Shown here: positions 24,001-26,602 of the stretch, in pieces
Numbering within the stretch: the stretch's first letter is position 1
How the letters are laid out: each line of letters begins with the position of its first letter
Assembly (NCBI GenBank): GCA_017608345.1
Contig: JAFCGA010000004.1
Span: forward strand, 57 to 64,056
DNA from: Candidatus Pacearchaeota archaeon
GTDB taxonomy: Archaea; Nanobdellota; Nanobdellia; UBA10117; JAFCGA01
DNA: 64,000 nt
Direction: 5' to 3'
The notes under the pieces: generated by a model
The model's input: only the letters and a program-made list of their open reading frames with translations
Database searches by the model: none
Told to the model about the DNA's origin: nothing
Made by a program: the position numbers and the translations under genes

Positions 24001-24839
24001 ATAAGGACAAAGTGGGTAGTCTAACTGCACCTTACTCTGTCGGCCGAATGTTCGACAAAGTCAAAGCCGGCGAAACAAATACATTTGATATTTTAGATGA
24101 TGATCTCGCGGTAACAAGTATAGACTTCGAGCTAAATCAGAATGTAGAAGAATTCAAGATGTTCGCTGCATCGCTAAATAACAGACCTGAAGAGCTAATA
24201 CCGCCGCCAGACCGGATAGTATATCAATACTTAGAAATCGGTGCACCGCAGATAACTGGAAGTGCGGTAAATATGGCCTCAATATCTTTCATAGTCGATA
24301 CTGGTTGGATACTAGACAATTATGTTATAGATAACAGCATTAGACTAGAACGATACGTAGCTGGTGCTTGGGTTCCGCTAACTACTGTAAGAATAAGTGA
24401 GACTAGCTATTTGTTAAGCTTCAGAGCTGCAACTGACGGCTTCAGCTACTTTGCAATTACTGGACTGCAGGGCGATGTTCCAGAAAAAGTAGCTGCTGCA
24501 ACTGAAGAAGAAAAGAGTCCTCTCGAAGAAGTATTCTATAGCGTCCCGGACTTAAAGAAAGTAGACTCAAGTTACTTAAGATTATTGCTCGTGCTAATTC
24601 CAATAATAATGCTATTAATTTATTCTGCAATACATCGAAGGCACAAGCATATCAAAAAAGATAAAGCACCTAAAGAAATAAATAAAGATAAATCACTAGC
24701 AGAAGAACTAAAAGAGAAGCCCGTGGAAGCAGAAGCGGTAAAAGAGAGTGAGCAAATAAAAAAGAAACCTACGCAAAAGAAAAGAAAGGAAAAGCTGGAT
24801 TCCCCTTACCAGGGAAAGGTTTTTAAATTCGGAAGATAG
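3..24839 (+). CDS. Giant repetitive surface protein (5'-truncated by the window): ~21 LamG/concanavalin-like domains with Ig-like linkers, an intein, C-terminal Ig-like repeats, a PGF-pre-PGF domain, a TM helix and a Lys-rich tail
   Basis: The frame of ORF 204..24839 is also open from base 3, so the start lies upstream. Repeated LamG motifs (GAYxFDGxDDYI...W.HVV...FNGSIDEV.I.NR.LS). Very many N-x-S/T sequons. C-terminal 'ATDGFSYFAITG' then hydrophobic LLLVLIPIIMLLIYSAI. Confidence 0.9.
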   Translation, partial: SLSVRGGEIRYGRDVAGGVTNRQCYSEVGANDSAWHFVSWSSDGTKNYFSFDGSIITDGDITCSSGTMDGLWFNDQATDTNSIGVLDRLADGGYFNGTIDEFTMYDRNLSAAEIHQLYLGGRDGGNIRNSSSTAVGENYTCEVRPLDYEDWGIAKNSTNLTVLNTPPITIDANVSPFSPNASVELLGYCNSSDEDNDTINFYYKWFRDGVFNLSGYNGGAFTQGIEVNVHNLSAGNTSKGQNWTFSCLANDGTVNASSWQNGSVVIQSTAPTHLNPILNATSVNNYTTDNLTCYNQSTADIDSDYVVNKYSWYKNGALNATTVFLNASTVLYMPFEPNFTASDNSTAGVLDYASTNNGRLGNSTAGTQPNWITSGKIGGAYEFDGVDDYIDTGFTLPSGSSLMKSYEFSVAAWVKVPSTSVAADNSIVIRADTAGGTCGDWNLRLGTTGDWEFWVLQTDNGWVDGTDVATANYAATANEWVHLVGVWNGTDNLYVNGVLRDSASATGNEANEETTNIEIGAFQLGAAAGFPFNGSIDEVQIYNRTLSAAEIHQLYLGGRDGGNIRDSSSTATGENYICEVQPLDYEDQGTAKNSTALTVLNTPPITIDANVSPLTVTTSIDLQGYCNGTDVDNATINYYYRWYKDGALDLSGYNGNGFAQASEVNIHNLSAGNTSRGQNWTFSCLAYDGLSNATSWKNGSVVISNAAPTHSMPWLGAHVPFGTSVALDDGIVGYWQFEYDNGTHTMDETGVNNGSLQGPTLNESGRVGKAYSFDGGDYINTTSGPSAISSDITLSAWIKTGSDATSRAIVASREGSAPNPGWEFFVRASGNGNVLLFQNDNGGYRVGSTNVRDNAWHHVVGVRDNGVFHVYVDGANDDGANTNEGTDMSSSENTLIGLSAANVGSYFNGSIDEVTIWNRSLSAAEISEIYNKSRGTFNTYSNEDISCAVNTSSDSDGDNLTYIYNWYKDDAPMMALYMPFDHDDSGGVNTTKDYSGSENHGQLGSGADGDGAEPVWNSTGFIGGAYDFDGEDDYITLQDSSDWVLNNKFTITAWVKLAGISELYPFSQRQNDDNRMYYLLRNSNNISRLFVKSGASVIVNVEHPVQYMPNIWYHVAIVANGTNYSTFKNGILINASAEADGVPDFNGQAYIGTDQFSGGPSYSNGSIDDVRIYNYALSTNQIKALYLNKTNTIVSAETNVGENYTCEVTPNDATVDGTLLNSSTLIIYNAPPITIDANVSPLTVTTSIDLQGYCNGTDVDNATINYYYRWYKDGALDLSGYNGNGFTQGVEVNVHNLSAGNTSKGQNWTFSCLAYDGLSNATSWQNGSVVISNAAPTHSIPWLGAHVPYGTSVALDDGIVGYWQFEYDNGTHTMDETGLNNGTLVGVNLTHEGKVGKAYEFGNGTWIDTNSNDLGISDPSAIAISTWIYPIGQSESSHIVNDYNRSSIRGWILTLETDNRLHAVNINGAGIRRDSYANPLSLNQWHHIVAVIYPNTTFPVIYLDGNISHNATVSAGAPAALYRGGGNVIIGRQSAYNLGNERYFNGSIDEVTIWNRSLSAAEISEIYNKSRGTFNTYSNEDISCAVNNTADADCYDEETEILTEKGWKYFKDLTNESVLTLNPETHEQEYQEPLAYQNYNVRGDMYRITTERGDLLVSPKHKVYAKIESPSVGAVVMLESQENDDFSSLIDFVLKDKTLANMDSSLSLERIPQGFVAERILNNLAHLPLESFFQDGISTTSLINLTLTLRMNNRSIAHFNDSKNSSTELNLMKGPLFLSSISLANSSRCGSSSTGCQSIFSQNFQALFDSSPVLINSSNIVFFNASSLLNLDQLTQESSLIQCLSSSDIDNTTFAIYSLPSRTNCSNFRNCATFFSKTPLRNTGQLTSGQLSILSFISSGKDNVSVVILPLDSLDTISQNPVDTQDYKASDYELVNIVDIYENPSEKIYFLDEAGNEIFVESITKEYYSGKIYDVDVENNIVLVRRGELVTWSGNSDNLTYIYNWYKDDEPLMALYMPFDHDDSGGVNTTKDYSGSENHGQLGGVADDDAGEPTWNATGGYYGGAYDFDGEDDIINRSSFPGATSTAITVSAWFYPKQHSASLNGYFQYGVDPPAGQNYFRIYSLSSFLALRTRTSAADYRYYNITNTAEIPTNNWYHIVTVWDGTTKNVYINGVNQTLQLLNQGGADTDYTNINNNQILRIGNSYSAPANYPFNGTIDEVRIYNYSLSANQIKALYLNKTNTIVSEETNVGENYTCEVTPNDATTDGPLLNSSTLIIYNAPPITIDANVSPLTVTTAIDLQGYCNGTDVDNATINYYYRWYKDGALDLSGYNGNGFTQGVEVNVHNLSAGNTSKGQNWTFSCLANDGLSNATSWQNGSVVISNAAPTHSRPWLGAHVPFGTSVALDDGIVGYWQFEYDNGTHTMDETGVNNGSLQGPTLNESGRIGKDYSFDGNDYINTGNDNSINLTGALTLSAWVKLNSNGTVQRFISKPSQGTWGGDFARYSLLLQTNNPRFWVESNFNTVQCVDYVFPLNEWVHLAGVFDGTTDAGSLKIYVNGIENCTGASATAAVTASSQDLIIGQRHAADGGEYVDGSIDEVTIWNRSLSATEISEIYNKSRGTFNTYSNEDISCAVNTSSDSDGDNLTYIYNWYKDDAPLMALYMPFDHDDSGGVNTTKDYSGSENHGQLGGVADGDGAEPTWNSTGYVGGAYEFDGVDDYINISTSTSLSPGTSNFSISVWFRTSHPDYSGQAGDIIRNYGSDTDNLYSLTVNTDNKMLASYRDGDADDLIISAQGSAVNDGKWHHSVSVRTSLTTSALYLDGVQIGTDADAAIGNIDTSNGRDLCIGTYSDAAGCTNLEFNGSIDDVRIYNYSLSANQIQALYLNKTNTIVSEETTVGENYTCEVTPNDATTDGTLLNSSTLIIYNAPPITIDANVSPLTVTTSIDLQGYCNGTDVDNATINYYYRWYKDGALDLSGYNGAGFTQGVEVNVHNLSAGNTSKGQNWTFSCLAYDGLSNATSWQNGSVVIANAAPTHSVPWLGAHVPYATSVALDDGIVGYWQFEYDNGTHTIDETGVNNGTLYGPTLNESGRVGKAYSFNGSGDYIEIQYNAALDVTNGDYSFALWMKCNRISINDMAIDFDDPGDDDEVWVDCSRARSYDGVYSDALDFAATKNWTHIVVTKTGTTARIYQDSVLADTVGNWKSFAGAELNLGYRERTADGFFNGSIDEVTIWNRSLSAAEISEIYNKSRGTFNTYSNEDISCAVNTSSDSDGDNLTYIYNWYKDDAPLMALYMPFDHDDSGGVNTTKDYSGSGNEGQLGAGADGDAGEPTWTSEGYYSGAYSFDGTDDYITAGNDAKLQLTGALTISFWINPDNNNAFCPTDPYCGLIDKGGYTSTQGGWGFYGDDSADGSLAFYVDSDLAGGGTSGVWANTTTWTAGQWYHIVATFDGTVGADSLKIYLNGTLDNSSASATATTLGGPNLDLEIGRTSELAGHNFDGTIDDVRIYNYSLSANQIKALYLNKTNTIVSEETTVGENYTCEVTPNDATTDGTLLNSSTLIIYNAPPITIDANVSPLTVTTSIDLQGYCNGTDVDNATINYYYRWYKDGALDLSGYNGNGFTQGSEVNVHNLSAGNTSKGQNWTFSCLAYDGLSNATSWKNGSVVIANAAPTHSVPWLGAHVPYATSVALDDGIVGYWQFEYDNGTHTMDETGLNNGSLNSGVTLSEEGRIGKDYNFDGVNDYISVGTPTSYTTFSVSAWVKPTLNGVAEQAIFGGDTANGKYQPIVLVNSTGYPRAAAHQANSYTLSNTSIDANSWGYIVYVVNDKNNKIYLDGILIAESTEANSPGAWDPVHYIGKRDNEWYFNGSLDEVTIWNRSLSATEISEIYNKSRGTFNTYSNEDISCAVNTSSDSDGDNVTYIYNWYKDDEPLMALYMPFDHDDSGGVNTTKDYSGSGNNGQLGSSAEGDGAEPTWNSSCVLGGCYNFDNSSTEYIDLADDTFKYQSFSVAAWVKVGKSTTYPSIFSVANTNMYCGYAVGFIGPENRIQFITVENNGGVRDKTNSSAVNLDQWYHVAAIRNGTTGMKLYINGTEVDEDTALGTILYAGCIGGDTFYPFIGRVGTAANQRYFNGSIDDLRVYEYALSAAQIEALYLNKTNTIVSQETNVGENYTCEVTPNDATTDGTLLNSSTLIIYNAPPVTIDANVSPLTVTTAIDLMGYCNGTDVDNATINYYYRWYKDGALDLSGYNGAGFTQGVEVNVHNLSAGNTSKGQNWTFSCLANDGLSNATSWQNGSVVIANAAPTHSVPWLGAHVPYATSVALDDGIVGYWQFEYDNGTHTMDETGNYNGTLYGPAFNESGRVGKAYTFLEPNYIDAGTSSKLRPNTITGMAWIKTSDATATIFSKFPTAAGTNGYMLTLGSQGNLTVRIGGLAELQVIGLTLVNDSKWHLVAFTRDSSNDISLYVDGALDKTGNIATAFNTDVSFKIGKYIWTGTDYWEFNGSIDEVTIWNRSLSAAEISEIYNKSRGTFNTYTNEDISCAVNTSSDSDGDNLTYIYNWYKDDEPLMALYMPFDHDNSGGVNTTKDYSGFGNNGQLGAAADGDGAEPVWNSTGFIGGAYEFDGDDDYIDIGNVYDADQSAITWALWFKADITINDNGILGRGGAVSYPSIKVQNNKIYSGIRIGGVNYNNWTSFTDTTNWHHVAMTYDDADDIVRHYLDGIETNITPTAGGVAEMNFDLYIGRYHSAPFVFNGSIDDVRLYNYSLSANQIKALYLNKTNTIVSEETSVGENYTCEVTPNDATVDGTLLNSSTLIIYNAPPITIDANVSPLTVTTAIDLQGYCNGTDVDNSTINYYYRWYKDGALDLSGYNGAGFTQGVEVNVHNLSAGNTSKGQNWTFSCLANDGLSNATSWKNGSVVISNAAPTHSVPWLGAHVPFGTSVALDDGLVGYWQFEYDNGTHTMDETGINNGSLNGPILNESGRVGKAYSFDGVNDYINAGANLNNILNKKEWSISLWLNTIDDNGFYLTNRESNNNDEVRFANAFASANITITYDDDTVGAVNVVSSVSGNDSIWHHAVATINSTTLSLYVDGTLSDTGDVSGSGNLNLDDITVIGARKDTGGWYAAGHSSYLNGSIDEVTIWNRSLSATEISEIYNKSRGTFNTYSNEDISCAVNTSSDSDGDNLTYIYNWYKDYEPLMVGYWSFDTQFDATDNSTAGVTDYSGNNNDGRLGNSTAGTQPTWNANGYISGAYEFDEIDDHIVTDNEANFDFERTDPFTVECWFKTDTSASNVILGKMDATSPFPGYQVIIRNADNWLMLYIISGAGGAGDRIVVEGNTVVTDNAWHHMVATYAGNEDASGALIYVDGALETMNTVTNGLTGSILNNIPFQISGKDGAVDLYKGAIDEVRVYKYTLSAAQVQALYLNKTNTIVSEETSKGENYTCEVTPNDATTDGTLLNSSTLIIYSAAPTHANPILNATSINNYTTDNLTCYNQSTADIDGDYPVNVFSWYKNDVLNATTVFLNASTVLYMPFDENITGNLQTVRDYASNNDGVLGNVTAGTDPTWNASGKVGGAYTFDGVDDYINVGDNTNFEFAANSAFALSTWIKANSAVVQESRIISKRYNVVGGNSQYMLNVNSTGAIRFWLYDGADNYAKYPNAITFGQWHHVLAQRKTDGTMEVYVDGVIGSVTDSTTATAGVNDGNLTVGTDERTANREFNGSIDEVQIYNRTLSADEISQLYLGGRDGGNIRDSSSTATGENYTCEVQPLDYEDWGIAKNSTNLTIQNTAPVTIDANVSPFSPNASVELLGYCNSSDEDNDTINFYYQWYRDGVFNLSGYNGGAFTQGVEVNVHNLSAGNTSKGQNWTFSCLANDGVLNATSWQNGSVVIQSTAPTHANPILNATSINNYTTDNLTCYNQSTADIDSDYVVNKYSWYKNDVLNATTVFLNASTVLYMPFEPNFTASDNSTAGVLDYAGSNNGRLGNSTAGTQPNWTSEGKVGGAYEFDGVDDYINLDTHVNSFEGWNIGAISVWFKVTSASACLYSISNKADTNDIMDFTVGVSTGSYGDESIRFSHVPNGAETLGMFVRNGHTAYTDGNWHHAVLTIGGAGNAIYIDGVSQAITYRAGNAGTNEFSDLFAADTVGIGRYAAGGVTNFEINGTIDEVQIYNRALSAAEVHQLYLGGRDGGNIRNSSSTAKDESYICEVQPLDYEDQGLAKNSTALTVLNTVPTQTQPILNATSVNNYTTDNLTCYNQSTADDDLDAVTNIYNWYKNDAPIMMLNMPFDHDDSGGVNTTKDYSGRNNHGQLGTSADSDSAEPTWDTSGKVGGTYNFDGSNDYIRISDSSSLDQTSAFSIETWVDINGTAKDNTIKSIASKGNLDKEAAGYNLYWNDVYSENFLNFSCNGWTAAQPPTTSYMKNCTNFWKGYAEDTYSAVDNCNTCTLNNNPEGATDGAYIATTNADLGPVWIYKSFPTTPGENFTVDIRYRITKKTTGGGPMNGGLYVWEGTVVPCSGNRQTGSCEDPNGNTTDAIASDHTTCDLAGWCAWQDYTTTNITNASTFTVGMYTWDSWNIWAVYLDVDYVNVSTLSKRVSFMLGDASNNMSTIFASNVSDGWRHIVGTYDGGTQSLYVDGVLNTSTSFTNLIGTNNLDLIIGSEPNNNIYHYEGKIDEVRIYNRSLSAAQVYQRYLEGNNSISTSTIVSDDTTAGEVWNCSVTPNDGEADGTTLTSLNLTIQNTAPVTIDANVSPFSPNASVELLGYCNSSDEDNDTINFYYKWFRDGVFNLSGYNGGAFTQRVEVNVHNLSAGNTSKGQNWTFSCLANDGILNASSWQNGSVVIQSTAPTHLNPILNSTSVNNYTTDNLTCYNQSTADIDFDHVVNKYAWYKNGVLNATTVFLNASTVLYMPFEPNFTASDNSTAGVLDYAGTNNGRLGNSTAGTQPNWTLDGKVGGAYVFDGINDRIQIADSASLDAIKDITVEAWINSNDITLQQTIVGFIDNVVSKGPQLMIRADGGIIWAVQNGVGAYRRCYTAIGLLEANKWYHIAGTFDDTSKARAIYINGESIAFEGDDLNLGVMAHGDIRAIGASSVPNPLYNFNGSIDEVQIYNRTLSATEIHQLYLGGRDGGNIRNSSSTAKDENYICEVQPMDYEDMGTAKNSTALTVLNTVPTQTAPILNATSIYNYTTDNLTCYNQSTSDVDGDSLTNIYNWYKNEQPLMRFNLPFDHDDSAGAGKTKDYSGSGNDGQLGAAADGDGAEPIFNSTGAIGGAYEFDGTNDYIELPATAKVTGEFTISVWFKLDQEITDEPSAPALFGGAAMRGPAEKGGASLAFLMTTGKLYFDTYNTTTRAASISTTAVWGTTDWYHVVATRNSTTQELWINGIREDSGDTVKGSLSWAAGWGAAKIGYASYIYFNGTIDEFKIYDHSLTAEQIKTLFSNKTDIIVSDETTAGENWTCEVTPNDATSDGTTLNSTTNITIIAAPITLYSNITPAAPNVSADLEGFCNGTTATNVNYYYSWYKDGVLNISDYDGGAYASNAEINIHNLTAGNTSYNENWTFSCLANDGVINATSWQNYSVIISDVTEPVVTFNAPIDGENVSGSIIINATITNGASGVNASRVYYWLENATGNQTKWTSMSNITVDLFNTSFNINSIADGYYNITINASDNAGNINASEKVQIQIDNTQPSIIVTAPINNSILTSAILNITGTASDANPDNVTANNAIFGQNLNTYTNWNFSNISMDDGIYTAIITANDTLGNSNSTSVTFTIDTTPPAVNITNPSDGDTVSEVITINSTITDATSGVNASRVYYWLSNETGNQTAWTSMTNTSSVFSASFDTTTLGIGAYNITINATDIANLENSTEYIQITITADNIGPSVTLESPTDRTITSTRTITFLYSVNDVGSDISNCSIWTNLNGTWLLNATNSTPIVESTSGQEFTIDSLPYTTFLWNIQCYDTAPTPNSRFATNNYTLTIALSSAGGEDGVNVGAGGSRTIDKDKVGSLTAPYSVGRMFDKVKAGETNTFDILDDDLAVTSIDFELNQNVEEFKMFAASLNNRPEELIPPPDRIVYQYLEIGAPQITGSAVNMASISFIVDTGWILDNYVIDNSIRLERYVAGAWVPLTTVRISETSYLLSFRAATDGFSYFAITGLQGDVPEKVAAATEEEKSPLEEVFYSVPDLKKVDSSYLRLLLVLIPIIMLLIYSAIHRRHKHIKKDKAPKEINKDKSLAEELKEKPVEAEAVKESEQIKKKPTQKKRKEKLDSPYQGKVFKFGR
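5007..5276 (-). CDS. Type II toxin, RelE/StbE/YafQ-like mRNA interferase, nested antisense in the intein
   Basis: 89 aa, basic. Pattern 'IIQNPLRYKSLRYSLKGERRVHIRKSFVLKYEVDE...IFLAFEHHDSAY' is typical of archaeal RelE/YafQ-family toxins. ATGA overlap with the upstream gene. Confidence 0.85.
   Translation of the reverse strand: MSYTSVIHPKCKREIDKACSRNPVLEKALKRKMSEIIQNPLRYKSLRYSLKGERRVHIRKSFVLKYEVDEARKIVIFLAFEHHDSAYRR
5273..5569 (-). CDS. Putative antitoxin: N-terminal ribbon-helix-helix, acidic C-terminus
   Basis: 'MANVVLSISEELKHWIRELSWVNWSRLSREEALKK' fits the archaeal RHH antitoxin pattern. The C-terminal 'FNSVDEFFESL' resembles RelB/DinJ-type tails. It lies directly upstream of the toxin. 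Confidence 0.75.
   Translation of the reverse strand: MANVVLSISEELKHWIRELSWVNWSRLSREEALKKTIFDEFIKTGELSNKAWKFCEKIDWHPVDELPQREEFAKEIEERKRGPFIKFNSVDEFFESLK
5570..5752 (-). CDS. Small ribbon-helix-helix regulator/antitoxin-like protein, first gene of the nested operon
   Basis: 'MTTLTLSFPDEIKERMDNCPEVNWPVFLRGVLEKKV' aligns with the N-terminus of the next gene (TLS..E.K...VNW). Its stop abuts the next ATG. Confidence 0.7.
   Translation of the reverse strand: MVSKESKGKMTTLTLSFPDEIKERMDNCPEVNWPVFLRGVLEKKVAQLRKFEQLVREGKL
5760..5795 (-). promoter_or_regulatory. Archaeal TATA box with overlapping palindromic operator for the nested TA operon
   Basis: Minus-strand TTTATAAT (5786-5779), 27 nt upstream of the ATG at 5752. 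Perfect 9-bp inverted repeat AATCCTGTG-gata-CACAGGATT at 5760-5781. Confidence 0.65.
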
Positions 24840-24848
24840 AGAAATAAC

Positions 24849-24878
24849 ATGCAAAACGGTGAGTATCCCTGGCAGTAG
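24849..24878 (+). other. Mini-ORF MQNGEYPWQ* (copy 1)
   Basis: ATG CAA AAC GGT GAG TAT CCC TGG CAG TAG. Shares 17 bp (TATCCCTGGCAGTAGAA) and codon spacing with copy 2 at 25909. Confidence 0.5.
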
Positions 24879-24950
24879 AAGATCAGAGATAATCAGAGTT
24901 ATGCAATTTTTAGGTGGTTCTCCGTGGAGCGGGAGCTATCTACAAAACAC

Positions 24951-25178
24951 GGGGTCATAGCATAAATTGTTCTGCTAGCAAAGCAGTACTTGTGCAACCC
25001 GGCAGTGCGGCGGGTTCCAGACCCGTCGATGGGGGTTCAAAGCGAGCCCTTTTCTTTCGCGAAAGAAAAGGTTTCGCCGCATCCCAAAAGAAAGGCATTT
25101 TACTACGCGACTTCGTCGCTTCGAATATGCCTTTGGCAACTTTTGAGATGTCGGCACTTGAAAATCCCTCTGACCCCA
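24951..25178 (+). tRNA. tRNA-Trp(CCA) with two non-canonical introns (about 24966-24997 in the D-loop, about 25042-25164 in the T-loop)
   Basis: Reconstructed cloverleaf: acceptor GGGGTCA/TGACCCC+A; D-stem GCAT/GTGC with loop AACCCGGCA; anticodon arm GCGGG-TTCCAGA-CCCGT; T-arm GGGGG-TTCAAAT-CCCTC. Both junctions form BHB/BHL-like motifs (central helices GCAT/GTGC and TTCA/TGAA). Confidence 0.88.
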
Positions 25179-25189
25179 TTTTTATTCCA

Positions 25190-25912
25190 ATGGAAAGGGT
25201 GAACACTTTAATCGGGTACTACTTGCTCATAAAGAAGCTTACGATAGCGCATAAGCTCCATGCCGAAGAGATAGGCACGAGTGTAGAAAATAATCCGCTA
25301 ATCTTGCTCAGAAAAGGTCCAAAAAATAATAAAAGCATTTTTATTGAGTTCGGCTGTCATGGCAATGAAATATATCGAGTCAGGGAGCTTCTATCTTTTC
25401 CAGAAACGCTTAGTAAGATAAAGGATACTTATACTTACTATTTTATCTTGACTAATCCGGATGGACTAATATTAAATACTCGAGAAAATGCTCGCGGAAA
25501 GGATATAAACCGAGATTTCATTAAATTTACTACGCCAGAAGCGAGAGCGTTAAATAAATTCATTACTGCTAATAAAAAGAATATAAAAGCAACATTATCG
25601 ATTCATGGTGCTCGGCTCGGCTCAAAACTAATACATATGGGAAAAGGGCACAAGCTAGCAAAGAGCATTAAGCGAGCGCTGAGATCTGCTGAATTGGATT
25701 ATCCTCATCCATACATGAATGAAATTGAAGAAGAGCCAGGAATATTTGGAATGATAAATCCGAATAAAAAATTCGGAACATTTTCAGAATATGCTGAATC
25801 ACTAGGAATACCCTCTTGCGCAGTTGAAATGCATAAAGATGCAATAGATAAGCATCTTTTCTTAATGGAAATGCTAGTGGGGACTAAGAAGTATTTGGAG
25901 AATAAAAAATGA
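25190..25912 (+). CDS. M14-family zinc carboxypeptidase / succinylglutamate desuccinylase-like protein
   Basis: Motifs GCHGNE (HxxE), NPDG, RENARGKDINRDF, LSIHG and a C-terminal Glu. Start moved to ATG 25190 because the upstream part of ORF 24914 overlaps the tRNA. Confidence 0.8.
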   Translation: MERVNTLIGYYLLIKKLTIAHKLHAEEIGTSVENNPLILLRKGPKNNKSIFIEFGCHGNEIYRVRELLSFPETLSKIKDTYTYYFILTNPDGLILNTRENARGKDINRDFIKFTTPEARALNKFITANKKNIKATLSIHGARLGSKLIHMGKGHKLAKSIKRALRSAELDYPHPYMNEIEEEPGIFGMINPNKKFGTFSEYAESLGIPSCAVEMHKDAIDKHLFLMEMLVGTKKYLENKK

Positions 25913-26602
25913 CTTCGGGACAATATCCCTGGCAGTAGAATAGGTATACTTGGAGGAATTGGACCAGAAGCTACGGGAGAGTTTTATCTTAAACTCATCA
26001 GTAAATTACAGGCCAGTGGTCGCATTAAAAGTAATACAGATTTCCCTAAAATAATCATTAATAGCATTCCCGCACCAGAATTAGTATCTGAAAAAATTAC
26101 TGATTTTGATTTAGAAGAATACGTTATTGGACTAAAAGAGCTAGAGAAATTATCGGTTGATTTTATTGTTATGGTTTGTAATACTATACACTTGTACCAT
26201 GGCGAATTACAAAAGCAAATATCTATACCCATCATCGATCTAAGAGCAGGAGTCGAGCAAGAATTAATAAAACGAAATATCAAAGAAATTACTGTTCTTG
26301 GTACTCCTGAGACTGCAAAGAGATTATATAACTTCAGAAACATCTCGATTCGACTTCCAAGTACTTTGGATCAACAGAGAATAGCTAATACCATTGAGAA
26401 TTTCAATAAAGGGGCGAATAAAGCTAAGCAAGTCTCCAATCTCCGCGAAGTAGCTCTTAGATATGAGAATATAATGCTTAGCTGTACTGAAGTTTCTTTA
26501 ATGGCAAAAGATTTATCAGCAATTGACACTTTTAATGTTCTTATTGAAATGGTATTGGAAAAGCTTAATAAAATCCATAGCGAGGTAAATAACAATGGCT
26601 AA
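25909..26602 (+). CDS. Aspartate/glutamate racemase family protein; the N-terminus is reachable only by +1 frameshift from mini-ORF MTSGQYPWQ*, by UGA readthrough or by a non-standard start
   Basis: The frame of ORF 26171..26602 is open back to 25913 and encodes 'RIGILGGIGPEATGEFY...VMVCNT...LSCTE' (both catalytic Cys). There is no in-frame ATG/GTG/TTG before 26171. ATG 25909 is in another frame and stops after 9 codons. Confidence 0.75.

Noticed and set aside
24858-24878. GEYPWQ resembles the N-terminal motif of trypsin-like proteases
   Set aside because: It is followed immediately by a stop with no protease domain in any frame; the resemblance is probably coincidental.
24914-25189. N-terminal 92 codons of ORF 24914..25912 and the small overlapping ORFs at 24955-25206
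   Set aside because: The region is the intron-containing tRNA-Trp; the peptidase most plausibly starts at ATG 25190.
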